From positions 1 through 64,000 of IMG/VR virus record IMGVR_UViG_3300047160_010630: a stretch of DNA of 64,000 nt. One strand, given 5' to 3'. The notes below the pieces were generated by a model. That model saw only the letters and a list, made by a program, of their open reading frames with translations, did no database searches and was not told the origin of the DNA. The translations under genes were made by a program, and so were the position numbers. Of this stretch, positions 45,220 through 55,488 are shown in pieces (position 1 is the stretch's first letter; each line of letters starts with the position of its first letter). The DNA comes from a virus.

Positions 45220-46173
45220 ATGCCCTTCGGTAGCGCGTACATTTCGCCGTCCATGCTCACAACCGCCCCTACCGGGTTCCCGTGGTCCATAATTCCTTTC
45301 CCAAAAGCGACCAGCGCCCAGCAGCTGGCGGAGCAGACCAACATTTGTTGGAGAGCCACCTCTACTATCGACGGCTATTGTTTATAGGGCAACCAGGTCC
45401 TGCGCTCCACCATCAACAACGAGAACATTTCCGGCCCGGGGAACTACCGCGTCAATATCCAGAACGGCACGGGCAACGTCCGCATGATCCTGCGCCGCTG
45501 GCCGGTGATGCAGATCGTCGCCGTCCAGGTGGCCAACAACGCGGTGTTCCCCCGGCAGTGGCGCAATGTGCCGACCGGGCTGTTCGACGTCGAGCACCCG
45601 GTCCTCGGTGTGTACACGAACACCGCGCCGACGTCCAGTGCCGACGGCGGCCAGTCGATTCTGATCGCTCCCGGCTACGCGGACTGGAGCAATGGGCGTG
45701 ACGGCTTCCGGTTCCTGGTCTCCTACCTGAACGGCTGGCCGCACACCGGCCTGGTGACGGCTTCCACGGCCGGGACGACGACGCTGTCCGTGGACGACGT
45801 CACCGGCTGGGCCGGGGCCTTCGGGACCATCTACGACGGCGCGCAGACGGAGACGTTCGAGGCCGTCAGCGTGACGGCGACGGCGCCGCTGAGCCTGCCG
45901 AACAACGTGGGGACGGTGCAGACGGGCCCGGGGACCGTCACCTTGAGTTCCCCGCTCCTGTACGCGCACCCGGTCGGCACGATCGTCACCTCCCTGCCGG
46001 GCAGCGTCATCTGGGCGACCATTCTGGCCGCCACTGCCCAGGCGCTGGAATCGGGTGCCACCAGTGTCAGTATCCAGAACATTCCTGGGTCGCTGACCAC
46101 GGGTGGGCACGGTATCGCGGATATCAAGACGGAGTACGAACTGCTGCTCGATCCGTATCGCCGCGTGATATGA
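45220..46173 (+). CDS. putative head-to-tail adaptor, interrupted by in-frame TAG at 45385-45387
   Basis: ATG 45220 is in frame with the 45484 ORF; IDGYC-L*G-NQVLRST; ends LLDPYRRVI. Confidence 0.7.
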
Positions 46174-46217
46174 TATGTTACTTGCGTACAGCTCAGGATT
46201 CGTGTACTGTAAGAAAC

Positions 46218-46982
46218 ATGAGTGAACGATTCTGCTCTGTCGCAGACTGCCCCAACCCGAAGCTCAACAACACTCCTGTGGGCCCTCTGTGCTCCAAGCA
46301 CTACCAGCGATACCGGCGCCGGGGGTCCGTAGATTCGGTCGCCAAGCCGCACGCCTACACAAAGAAGATCACGGGAGCCCCCTGCACCGTGGGAGAGTGC
46401 ACGAATCCCGTCGTTGTTCGGGGAATGTGTGGCGCCCACTATCAGCGCAACGTCAAGCATGGTAATCCCAGTACGCTTCTGCTGGACCGTAGCCGCACCC
46501 CCGAAGAACGGTTCTGGTCGTTCGTCGACAAGAATGGCCCTGAAGCGTTCCACTCGCAGACCGGAAAGCCCATCGGAAAGTGTTGGAACTGGTCCGGAGG
46601 GGTCTCCGATGGATATGGGATGTTGTGGCTCAACAAGAAAAACATCCACGCGCACAGATTCTCTTACCGGTTGTATCGGGGAGCTACTCCTGACGGCCTG
46701 GAGCTGGACCACCTGTGCAGGAACCGGTCCTGTTCGAACCCGGCGCACCTTGAGCCAGTCACCCACAAGGAGAATGTGCGTCGGGGGGAATCCCCAAGCG
46801 CCGTGGCGCGCCGTACTAAGCGGTGCAAGATCGGGCACGAGTACGAGCCTTCGTCAGGTCCTGGCCCCCGGGGCTGTCAGACGTGCAGGTACTGGCACAC
46901 TGAGGCGCACAACGCCAAGATCCGCAACCGCCCCTTCGAGCAGCTCGCGCTGTTCCCGGTCAGTTGGGTGAGAACCGAATAG
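46218..46982 (+). CDS. HNH homing endonuclease
   Basis: RFWSFVDK, CWNW, AHRFSY, LDHLCRNRSCSNPAHLEPVT; TTGCGT-N17-TACTGT promoter just upstream. Confidence 0.92.
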   Translation: MSERFCSVADCPNPKLNNTPVGPLCSKHYQRYRRRGSVDSVAKPHAYTKKITGAPCTVGECTNPVVVRGMCGAHYQRNVKHGNPSTLLLDRSRTPEERFWSFVDKNGPEAFHSQTGKPIGKCWNWSGGVSDGYGMLWLNKKNIHAHRFSYRLYRGATPDGLELDHLCRNRSCSNPAHLEPVTHKENVRRGESPSAVARRTKRCKIGHEYEPSSGPGPRGCQTCRYWHTEAHNAKIRNRPFEQLALFPVSWVRTE

Positions 46983-47043
46983 AAAAATTAGAAACCCGGT
47001 CCACTCAGGGCCGGGTTTCTTCATGCACCGAGGGGGTCCACCC

Positions 47044-47211
47044 GTGGCCACGTACAAACCTCCCCGCCACCTCAGGGGCGGTATACACGCCCGTACGCTC
47101 ACGGCGCGCCAGCAGCACCGCCGCTCCGGGGCGAAGAAGACCCTCACCCGGCGGATCAACGCGAAGCTGTTCCGGGGACGCACGGTCAACGCGCCCCGGC
47201 ACCGGTGGTAA
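47044..47211 (+). CDS. small Arg-rich protein
   Basis: GTG at 47044 after GAGGGGG. Confidence 0.55.
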   Translation: MATYKPPRHLRGGIHARTLTARQQHRRSGAKKTLTRRINAKLFRGRTVNAPRHRW

Positions 47212-47221
47212 CAGAGAGTAG

Positions 47222-47722
47222 GTGAGCCTGTTGCCGCTGAATTCTGTGCAGCAGTACGTAGCCAATCAGATCAACGGGATCCAGGTCCCGACCATTCCGC
47301 AGCCGATCGAGGCGTTCATCACGCCACCTGCCATGGAGGCCCCCAACGGCCCCAAGGCGTACATCTGGGGCGCCCGCAACCGGGGCCGACGGCAGACGAT
47401 GCCGCGCGGTATCGCCCCGGCCGCCGGATTCAAGCGGCTCGACTGGACCGTGGACATCTACCTGATCTACGAGACCCTGGCGGACGATCCGATGATCGAC
47501 CAGGACTTCCCGCTCATCATCGACGCCGTCCTCACCAAGCTGTGGACGACGACGATGCCGGTGTTCATCACCGACCCGGTCACGGAGCAGGTGTCCCAGA
47601 TCCAGTCGGTCGGCGAGGAGTGGAACCTGGAGTACCCGCCGGAGCGCACCCCCTCTACTTTGCGTACGGTCTGGTACTCGTCACGGATCGCCATGGACAT
47701 TCTGGAGATTGTGCAGGCATGA
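47222..47722 (+). CDS. tail terminator/neck protein (putative)
   Basis: Position and size. Confidence 0.7.
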   Translation: MSLLPLNSVQQYVANQINGIQVPTIPQPIEAFITPPAMEAPNGPKAYIWGARNRGRRQTMPRGIAPAAGFKRLDWTVDIYLIYETLADDPMIDQDFPLIIDAVLTKLWTTTMPVFITDPVTEQVSQIQSVGEEWNLEYPPERTPSTLRTVWYSSRIAMDILEIVQA

Positions 47723-48165
47723 GCGCTTCACTGGAATTCGACGGCTCGGACCTCGGGGTCTTCAAGAGGATCAGCTTCGCCCGCGCGGTGTCCCGGTGGA
47801 TCGAAGAGGTGTCCCCGGAGATCGAGGAGTCCATCAAGAACGAGGCCCCGAAGCGGACCGGCGCACTCAAGGACTCCATCACCCACCGGAAGAGCTTCGG
47901 CTTCTCCGGCGTGGCGGTGGAGTACGGCAGCCGCCTCCCCTACGCCAGTTATGTGGAGGAGGGGACTCCGCCGCATATCATCCGTGCGCGGAACGTCAAG
48001 AATCTTCGGTTCCAGGGGCGCAGCGGGGACATCGTCTACGCGCCCTACGTGAATCACCCGGGAACCCGTCCCAATCCGTTCTCGCAGCGGGCCGTGGAGC
48101 GGATCCTGCCGGAGCTTCAGTCCCGCTTCGCAGAAGATGTCGAGAGCGAATTCCGAAAGGCGTGA
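47719..48165 (+). CDS. HK97 gp10-like neck protein
   Basis: APKRTGALKDSI, YASYVEEGT, HPGTRPNPF. Confidence 0.85.
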   Translation: MSASLEFDGSDLGVFKRISFARAVSRWIEEVSPEIEESIKNEAPKRTGALKDSITHRKSFGFSGVAVEYGSRLPYASYVEEGTPPHIIRARNVKNLRFQGRSGDIVYAPYVNHPGTRPNPFSQRAVERILPELQSRFAEDVESEFRKA

Positions 48166-48168
48166 TGT

Positions 48169-48435
48169 ATGCGGCTGCGGTACACGGGGTCCCACCCTGT
48201 CACCCTGATGATCCAGGGCATGGAAGTCGATTCCGGCGGCGAGGTGGACGTCCCGGACGAGCTGGCGGAAACATTCCTGCGGCGGGGGGACTTCGTCCCT
48301 GTCCCGGGAGCGGACCTGGCCCTCGCCGGAGAACGGATGCCGGAGGTCCGCCACCAGGACATGGCGCCGGTTGCGGACATGTCGCACATGATGCTCGGCG
48401 GCCAGGAGCCTGTCGCTGAAATCGAAGCTGTCTAA
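48169..48435 (+). CDS. hypothetical protein
   Basis: Position before the major tail gene. Confidence 0.7.
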   Translation: MRLRYTGSHPVTLMIQGMEVDSGGEVDVPDELAETFLRRGDFVPVPGADLALAGERMPEVRHQDMAPVADMSHMMLGGQEPVAEIEAV

Positions 48436-48443
48436 GGAGCGGT

Positions 48444-49880
48444 ATGGCCTTCCCCACGATTACCGAGCGCTACGGGTCGCTTTCCGCTACCGGCCTGGCG
48501 AAGGAAGCGACTTTCGGTGTGCCGGTCGCGGCCACCACCTTCCTGCCGATGACCGGCAATACGATGGAGATGGACCCCGGGTGGTTCTCTCCGCACGTGA
48601 TGCAGGCGGCTCGCGACCTCCAGATCTACAACCTGTACGGCGAGTACAAGTTCCACGGCGCGCTTTCCGGGCCGCTGTTCCCGTCGAACGCCATCGCCCT
48701 GCTGGTGGCCTCCATCGGGCAGGACAACGCGGTCGGCACCGGTATCTTCGGCACGCCGGTCACGCCGACGTCGACCACGTCCAGCGTCTCCACCGTGGCC
48801 GGTGCCACGACGATCACGGTGACGTCGCCCACGGGTTTCGCCACCAACCAGGAAATCCTGATCGACACCGGCCAGCTCCTGGAGGTCCGCAAGATCTCCG
48901 GTGTCGCCGGGTCGGTCATCACCGTGGCCGATGCCCTGTTCTTCGCGCATCCGAGTGGTGCCACCGTCTCCACGGCGACCACGACCACGCTGAGCGCCCC
49001 GTCGATCGTCGGTGCGACGACGGTCACGGTCACGTCGGCCACCGGCATCGTGCAGAACTCGTTCGTCCAGATCGACGTCAACAGTGTCACCGGTACGACG
49101 ACGTCCGAGGTGCGCCGGGTCACCAACGTGGCGACCAACACACTGACGCTGGACACGGCGCTGGTCTACGCCCACGCGAGCGGCGCCCAGGTCGTCCTGG
49201 TGACCACTCCGTACACGCACACCATCACCCAGCAGAACAGCCTGCCGTCGCTGACGGTGGAGAAGAACCTCGGTTCCTTCCAGAGCCTTCAGTTCGCCGG
49301 GTGCAAGGTCAACAAGTTCGACGTGAAGGCACCGACCGGGAACAACCCGGTGGACATCACGGCGGACATGATGGGCCAGTCGGTGCTGTCGCTGACCACG
49401 CCGACGGCCGTGACGGTGACCAGCGAGTCTCCGTTCGTGTTCGCGGAGGCCGTGCTCACCGCTTTCGGCAACACCCGATTCGACGCGCGCAACATCACGA
49501 TGTCGATCGAGAACGGTCTGAAGGAGACCTACACCTATTCCGGGAACCACGGGCCGAGCTTCATCACGCCGGTCACCGTTCACGGTATGGGGTCGTTCGA
49601 CGTGGTGTGGTCCAGCCTGACGGATGCTACGTACGGTGACTTCACCAAGATGGTGAACGGAACGCTGGGCTCGCTGATCTTCTCGGTCATCCACCCGGCG
49701 AGCGCCGGGACGGTGACGTTCTTCCACCCGCAGATCGTTCTGAATAAGTTCGTGAACGACGTGAAGATGGAAGATGTAATTTTGTCTACGATGAACTACG
49801 AGGCTACGCGTCCCGTATCCGGCAACAACCAATTCACGGTCCAGGCCTACGTCTCGAACCAGACCTACCTGTCATATTAA
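48444..49880 (+). CDS. major tail (tube) protein with duplicated beta insert
   Basis: KEATFG, PSLTVEK, FAGCKVN; position. Confidence 0.85.
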   Translation: MAFPTITERYGSLSATGLAKEATFGVPVAATTFLPMTGNTMEMDPGWFSPHVMQAARDLQIYNLYGEYKFHGALSGPLFPSNAIALLVASIGQDNAVGTGIFGTPVTPTSTTSSVSTVAGATTITVTSPTGFATNQEILIDTGQLLEVRKISGVAGSVITVADALFFAHPSGATVSTATTTTLSAPSIVGATTVTVTSATGIVQNSFVQIDVNSVTGTTTSEVRRVTNVATNTLTLDTALVYAHASGAQVVLVTTPYTHTITQQNSLPSLTVEKNLGSFQSLQFAGCKVNKFDVKAPTGNNPVDITADMMGQSVLSLTTPTAVTVTSESPFVFAEAVLTAFGNTRFDARNITMSIENGLKETYTYSGNHGPSFITPVTVHGMGSFDVVWSSLTDATYGDFTKMVNGTLGSLIFSVIHPASAGTVTFFHPQIVLNKFVNDVKMEDVILSTMNYEATRPVSGNNQFTVQAYVSNQTYLSY

Positions 49881-49901
49881 TCACACCAGAAAGAGGCAGC
49901 G

Positions 49902-50315
49902 ATGGGATTCCTCTCGGCCTTCGGCGACGTTAAGCGCATCACCCTCGACAAGGAGCGCGGCTACTGGGTCGACCTCAAGGAGCACGTCAGCCAGGGCGAT
50001 CGGGAGACCGCCCAGCGGTCCCTGGAGTCGGTGGTGGTGGTCGACGGGAAGACCAACATCTCCCCGGACGTCACCACGTGGCGCGAGCAGATGGTCCTGG
50101 CCACCATCGCCGGGTGGAACCTGGACGACGACAACGGCATCTGGCCCATCACCCTGGACAGTGTCAAGCGGCTGCCGGGAACGGTCTTCGACATGCTGTG
50201 GGTGGAGGTCGAGAAGCTGGGCGAGATCCGTAAGGGTACCGCCCAGCAGGAATTTCGTGATGGAACTGTCGGCGGCGATCAGGATGGGGACGCCGGGTCC
50301 TCCGGTGCTCGGTAG
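49902..50315 (+). CDS. tail assembly chaperone
   Basis: Between major tail and tape measure genes; IAGWNLDD. Confidence 0.85.
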   Translation: MGFLSAFGDVKRITLDKERGYWVDLKEHVSQGDRETAQRSLESVVVVDGKTNISPDVTTWREQMVLATIAGWNLDDDNGIWPITLDSVKRLPGTVFDMLWVEVEKLGEIRKGTAQQEFRDGTVGGDQDGDAGSSGAR

Positions 50316-50460
50316 GTTCCTGCTGCGCCGGATGTTCTGGAAAGAGCTGGGGATGCGCGAGGCGGATGTTCTCGCGCTCCCGGCGCAGGAGATCGACGAC
50401 TACGTCCTCATCTTCCAGATGATCCAGCGTGAAGAGCAGAACCGAAACCGGAGGTCGTGA
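50254..50460 (+). CDS. tail assembly chaperone extension (+1 frame)
   Basis: Overlapping ORF ending at the tape-measure start. Confidence 0.7.
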   Translation, partial: FVMELSAAIRMGTPGPPVLGRFLLRRMFWKELGMREADVLALPAQEIDDYVLIFQMIQREEQNRNRRS

Positions 50461-53327
50461 TGGCTGGTCTCACCGAGTTCACCGTCATGGCGATCATCGA
50501 CGCCCAGGACAAGGCCTCCCGCGTCCTGGACAAGGTCATCTCCACGGTGGAGGAACTCGGCTCCGTCATGGACAAGACGGCCGAGGACGTCAAGGCCGCC
50601 GCCGACTCCATCGACGACAGCCTGCTCAAGACCGCCAGCGGCGCCGACGCCCTGGCTCTGGCCAACGACCGGGTGACAGCTTCGGAGGCCAAGCTGACGC
50701 TGGCCACGCAGGAGCAGGCCGCCGCTGAAGACCTGCTCCGGGAAGCCCGCGCCACGGGTGCGAGCGATGCGGAGCTGATCGCCGGTGAGCAGCTCCTGGC
50801 CAACGCCGAGCGCGACACGGCCAAAGCGGCGGCCGAGCTTGAGGCGGCGCAGATCCGGGTCAACGAGATCACCAAGCTCCGGACCGAGTCCACCCGGGAG
50901 CTGGCGGTTGCGGAGGAGGAGTCCTCCACGGCCAGCAGCGGTATTGCTGGGGCGGCGCTGGCCGTGGCCGCAGGGTATGCCATCGCCGGTGCCGCCACGG
51001 TGAAGTCGGCGGCCGACTTCCAGACGGCTACGACGCACCTGGTCACAGATGCGGGCGAGTCCGGCGACAAGATCGCCTGGGTCTCCCAGCAGATGATCGA
51101 CATGGCCTCCCAGGTCGGCTTCACGGCGACGGAGCTGGCCAATGGTATGTACCACATCGAGTCTGCCGGTATCCACGGGGCGAAGGGCGTCGACGTCCTG
51201 CGGGTCGCTGCCGAAGGCGCGAAAGTCGGCGGCGCCGACCTGGACACGGTGACCAAGACGCTGGCCGGTACGATGGCCGCGTACGGCAAGGATTCCCTCG
51301 CCGACGCCATCAAGTTCACGAACGAACTTATCGCGACCACGTCCCAGGGTGACGTCCGCCTGCAAGACCTGACGACGACACTCGGCAACGTCGTCCCGAT
51401 TGCGGCTGCTGCCGGAATCACTTTCGACCAGGTCGGCGGCGCGATTGCCACCATGACCACGCAGAACATGACGGCCGCGCAGGCGTCGCAGAACCTGGCC
51501 CACTTCATTCAGTCCCTGGAACGCCCCAACGGTGTGCAGATCCAGCAGATGCAGGCGCTCGGACTGACGCAGGAGGATGTGTCAAAGTCCCTGGCCGGTC
51601 CCGGAGGACTTGTCGGCACGGTCGAAATGCTGACGGACGCCATTTCCAAGCACACCAAAAACGGACAGGTCTTCATCAACACCTTGCAGAACTCGGAGAC
51701 CGCTGCCCACGCCGCCAATATCATGCTCGCGAACATGGATCCGACGTTGCGGAATCTTTCCAACGAGCTGGTCAGTGGGGCTATTAATACCAAGGACTAC
51801 GAGAAGGCCACCAGGGAAATGGGCCCAACGGCGACCAAGCAGGGGTCGCAGTTCCTGAGCCTCAACGAGAAGATGGGCGCCTTCAACAAGCTCCTGGCGA
51901 ACGGCAGCGGGGAGTCGGAGAACTTTAATACGGCCATGTCCAACCTCACCGGCGGACAGATCGGTCTCCGGACGGCGCTCATGCTGTCCGCCCAGGGCGG
52001 CGACTACTTCTCTGAGTCGGTCAACGAGATCGCCAAGGCCGGGAACGAGGGCGGCGGGGCGGTCAAGAACTGGGACACGATCCAGAAGACGTTCAACCAG
52101 AAGCTGTCCGAGGCGAAGGCGTACCTGGATTCCCTGGCCATCACCATCGGCCAGAAGATCATCCCGTGGATCGAGAAGCTGGGCGAGAAGCTCGCACCGG
52201 TCGTGGAGTGGCTGGGCAAGAACAAGACCGTGGTCGAAGCCCTGGCCATCGGCCTGGGCGGTGTCCTGCTCACGGCCATCGGTGTGATCACCATTGCGCT
52301 GGCCGCCCTGGCGATCCCGATCATCGCCGTCGGCGCACTCGTCATACTGCTGAAGAAGGCCTGGGACGAGTTGGCGAAGTGGTTCGAGGACCACAAGTCG
52401 ACGTTCGTCGAAGCCTGGGACTACGTCGTGAAGAAGTTCGACGAGCTGACGAAGTGGCTTGACGAGCACGTGATCAAGTGGGCCAAGGAGCAGTTCGCGG
52501 ACTTCCTGACGTGGTGGCACGCGCACGCGTCCGAGATCTCCACCGTCTGGAAGATCGTGTGGGGCGAGATCCTGGTCGTTCTCGAAGTAGCATGGGGAAA
52601 TATCAAGGCCGTCCTCATGTTCCTGTCGGCTTTCTGGGTGGTCATCTGGGGCGGTATCAAAGACTTCCTGAAGCTGATCTGGGACGAGGTTTCCGGAATC
52701 ATCAAGTCTGCGCTCCATTTCATCGAAGGAATCATCGGCATCGGTCTCGACCTCATCACGGGGCACTGGAGCAAGGCGTGGAGCGACCTCGGCCAGACGG
52801 TCGTGAACTTTCTGACCGACGGCCAGGACATCATCGTCAACTTCTTCAAGGATGCCGACAAACTCCTGGTCGACGCCGGAAAGAACATCGTCAAGGGCCT
52901 CGTCAACGGGTTCAAGTCGGCCATGGGCAGCATCAACGACTCACTCGGCAGTATCGCCAGCACCATCAAGAGCTACTTTCCCTGGTCACCGGCTAAGAAG
53001 GGCCCCCTTTCAGGGAGCGGGGCCATCGAGATCGCCGGAAAGAACATCGGGACACTGCTGGCCTCCGGCATGCACGATTCGGTGACTACGGTGGCCAGGG
53101 CGTCCAGCAGGCTCGCCGGAGCGGCGGGGATCAACGTCGGCGCCGGGTTCGGCGCGGGCGGACTGGCGGCCGTCGGGCCGGGCGTCGGCGGCGGCGGGGG
53201 CATCGTGATCGACATGCGCGGGTCCCAGCTCATGTCCAACCAGGACATGGACATCTTCGTGGACCGCGTGGGTCGGCGTCTCGCGACCCGTATTCTGCCT
53301 GCGGGTGGGGTCAGAATCAGGTCGTAG
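50460..53327 (+). CDS. tape measure protein
   Basis: Long Ala-rich helical protein, Trp repeats, SPAKKGPLS. Confidence 0.93.
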   Translation: MAGLTEFTVMAIIDAQDKASRVLDKVISTVEELGSVMDKTAEDVKAAADSIDDSLLKTASGADALALANDRVTASEAKLTLATQEQAAAEDLLREARATGASDAELIAGEQLLANAERDTAKAAAELEAAQIRVNEITKLRTESTRELAVAEEESSTASSGIAGAALAVAAGYAIAGAATVKSAADFQTATTHLVTDAGESGDKIAWVSQQMIDMASQVGFTATELANGMYHIESAGIHGAKGVDVLRVAAEGAKVGGADLDTVTKTLAGTMAAYGKDSLADAIKFTNELIATTSQGDVRLQDLTTTLGNVVPIAAAAGITFDQVGGAIATMTTQNMTAAQASQNLAHFIQSLERPNGVQIQQMQALGLTQEDVSKSLAGPGGLVGTVEMLTDAISKHTKNGQVFINTLQNSETAAHAANIMLANMDPTLRNLSNELVSGAINTKDYEKATREMGPTATKQGSQFLSLNEKMGAFNKLLANGSGESENFNTAMSNLTGGQIGLRTALMLSAQGGDYFSESVNEIAKAGNEGGGAVKNWDTIQKTFNQKLSEAKAYLDSLAITIGQKIIPWIEKLGEKLAPVVEWLGKNKTVVEALAIGLGGVLLTAIGVITIALAALAIPIIAVGALVILLKKAWDELAKWFEDHKSTFVEAWDYVVKKFDELTKWLDEHVIKWAKEQFADFLTWWHAHASEISTVWKIVWGEILVVLEVAWGNIKAVLMFLSAFWVVIWGGIKDFLKLIWDEVSGIIKSALHFIEGIIGIGLDLITGHWSKAWSDLGQTVVNFLTDGQDIIVNFFKDADKLLVDAGKNIVKGLVNGFKSAMGSINDSLGSIASTIKSYFPWSPAKKGPLSGSGAIEIAGKNIGTLLASGMHDSVTTVARASSRLAGAAGINVGAGFGAGGLAAVGPGVGGGGGIVIDMRGSQLMSNQDMDIFVDRVGRRLATRILPAGGVRIRS

Positions 53328-53348
53328 AACCGGCAAGGAGACGCATTC

Positions 53349-54734
53349 GTGGCCATTATTACGCCGAGCCTCACGATCACCATCACACCTCCCGGCGGAT
53401 CCCCTATCGATTACTCGACCAGGCTGATGTGGGGTGGCGGCAGCGGCGGAATGACCATCACCCAGAACTTCGGCCGCCAGGGTGATACGGCGACGTTCTT
53501 CCTGATGGACCAGACCACCGGGGCACCGGACTTCGTCATCCCGGTGTTCAGCCAGGTGAAGATCGTGGACAACACGGCCGGTGGGGTGACGATCTTCGCC
53601 GGGGTCGTCAACAACCCGTCCCTGATCCTGGACGGCCCCACCAGGAACGAGTGGCAGTGCCAGTGCACGGACTACGCGTTCTACGCAGACAACTCGATCG
53701 TCCAGGGGACGTTCATCGGGCAGACGGTGGACCAGATCGTCGTGGCCCTGACCCAGCAGGCCAACTGCGGGATCACGGCCGCGACGATCGCCAACGGCGG
53801 GTTCGTGGCCCCTGGCCCGCAGCTGCCCAGCTACGTGTCCAACTACACCACGCTGTCCGGAGCGTGGCGGCGCCTGGCCCAGCTGGCCGGTCAGGTCACC
53901 CCGTACGGCTGGTACGTGGACGAGAACCGGAACCTGCACTTCTACGACGCCACGACCGCGCAGAACTCCGGCGTGACGTTCACGACGAGTCCGACGAATT
54001 CCGGTTCCCTGACCGAGGGCCACCTGGATTTCGACAACTTCTCCTACGAATGGGACGGGCAGTCGGTCCGCAACCGGATCCTGGTCCAGGGGGCGAACCA
54101 GGCCATCAAGTTCGGGACCATTACCAATCCTGCGACCGACACCTGGCAGTCCAACGGGACCCAGTCCTCGTGGCCCCTGCGGTTCACGGTGACCGGGTCC
54201 CCGGTGCTGGCTGTCAACGGGACCCAGGTCGCCGTGACGCCGGTCAGTGCGGGCCAGACCAGCACGGCGCCCTGGCAGATCGCCCAGAACAGCGTCGGCG
54301 CGTGGTTCCTGATTGCGGCCTCGGTACCTCCGGCCGGGCAGAAGATCCAGCTCTGGTACGACTACCTGGTGCCGGTCGTCGCGCAGGCGAACGATTTCGG
54401 GTCGCAGAGCCTGTACACCGGTCCGAACGGCGGTGTGTTCGCCGAGTACATCTCCGACACGTCCTTGACGACGGTTCCCATGGCGCTGGCGCGGGCCATG
54501 CGGGAGAGGACCGAGTACGCGTTCGCCGTGGAGCGGATGAACTTCTCGACGACCGAGGATTGGCTGGGATGGATCCGGGCTGGTCAGACGTGTACGATCA
54601 TCAACAGGTTCGTGCCCGATGCGAGGACCAGTTACAGCCCCGGCATCAATGGCACGTTCATCATCATCGGGAATTCGGTCCAGTTCGGAGCGGGCGGTTT
54701 CCGTAAGATGCAGTTGACGGCGGTCAGGATCTAG
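53349..54734 (+). CDS. minor tail protein
   Basis: Follows tape measure; WYVDENRNLHFY. Confidence 0.8.
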   Translation: MAIITPSLTITITPPGGSPIDYSTRLMWGGGSGGMTITQNFGRQGDTATFFLMDQTTGAPDFVIPVFSQVKIVDNTAGGVTIFAGVVNNPSLILDGPTRNEWQCQCTDYAFYADNSIVQGTFIGQTVDQIVVALTQQANCGITAATIANGGFVAPGPQLPSYVSNYTTLSGAWRRLAQLAGQVTPYGWYVDENRNLHFYDATTAQNSGVTFTTSPTNSGSLTEGHLDFDNFSYEWDGQSVRNRILVQGANQAIKFGTITNPATDTWQSNGTQSSWPLRFTVTGSPVLAVNGTQVAVTPVSAGQTSTAPWQIAQNSVGAWFLIAASVPPAGQKIQLWYDYLVPVVAQANDFGSQSLYTGPNGGVFAEYISDTSLTTVPMALARAMRERTEYAFAVERMNFSTTEDWLGWIRAGQTCTIINRFVPDARTSYSPGINGTFIIIGNSVQFGAGGFRKMQLTAVRI

Positions 54735-54744
54735 GGGCGGTGCG

Positions 54745-54954
54745 ATGCCGGGAGTGTTTCGACCGTACACGATTGTCGATGTCCTAGGTACGATCAACGA
54801 GCAATCCGTTGCCGCTCAGGGCGCCATCGTCACCGGACAGGGATTCTTCGCGCAGACCAACGAGAACTTCACGTCCCACGACACGATGACGACCGTGGTG
54901 CGCACCAATCCGACGTACGACAACGGAACCTGGGGCACGCTCACATGGAACTGA
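54745..54954 (+). CDS. small tail protein
   Basis: Position. Confidence 0.65.
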   Translation: MPGVFRPYTIVDVLGTINEQSVAAQGAIVTGQGFFAQTNENFTSHDTMTTVVRTNPTYDNGTWGTLTWN

Positions 54955-55487
54955 CAGGCGGTGCGCAGTTCGGGATCCACGGCCACCTCTCCCTCACCGT
55001 GCTGGACGAGGACGAGAACGTGGTGGATTTCCGTGAGGGCGACAACATCATGTGCACCAACGGACTCACGGCCATTGTGAACGCCCTGGTGTGGTCGGGC
55101 GTCCAGGACCAGGCGAACGCGCTCGGGCTGACCTCCCCGACCTACCTGACGCCGCTGTGGGGGGCGGTCGGCTCCGGCGCGGGCACGGTCGCGGCGTCGG
55201 ACACGCTGCTCTTCGCCGAGCTGGGCCGCGAGACGGTGGGCGCCGGTGCGACGTCCCCGGCCACGCCCAGCATTAATGCGCAGGCGACGTGGCTGTTCTA
55301 CTTCCCGTCGCCGCCTGTGACGTGGACGGTGACGGAGGCCGGTGTGTTCGCCAACGGATCGTCCAACCCAGCCACGGTGGTCACCGCCGGAACCCTGCTG
55401 GACCACTGGGCTTTCGCTCCGTCGGTCACCGTGTCGACGTCCAACACGCTGATCCTCCAGGCGACCTTCACGATTGCGGGGGTGTGA
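54945..55487 (+). CDS. minor tail protein
   Basis: DTLLFAELGR, TEAGVF motifs. Confidence 0.8.
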   Translation: MELTGGAQFGIHGHLSLTVLDEDENVVDFREGDNIMCTNGLTAIVNALVWSGVQDQANALGLTSPTYLTPLWGAVGSGAGTVAASDTLLFAELGRETVGAGATSPATPSINAQATWLFYFPSPPVTWTVTEAGVFANGSSNPATVVTAGTLLDHWAFAPSVTVSTSNTLILQATFTIAGV

Positions 55488-55488
55488 C

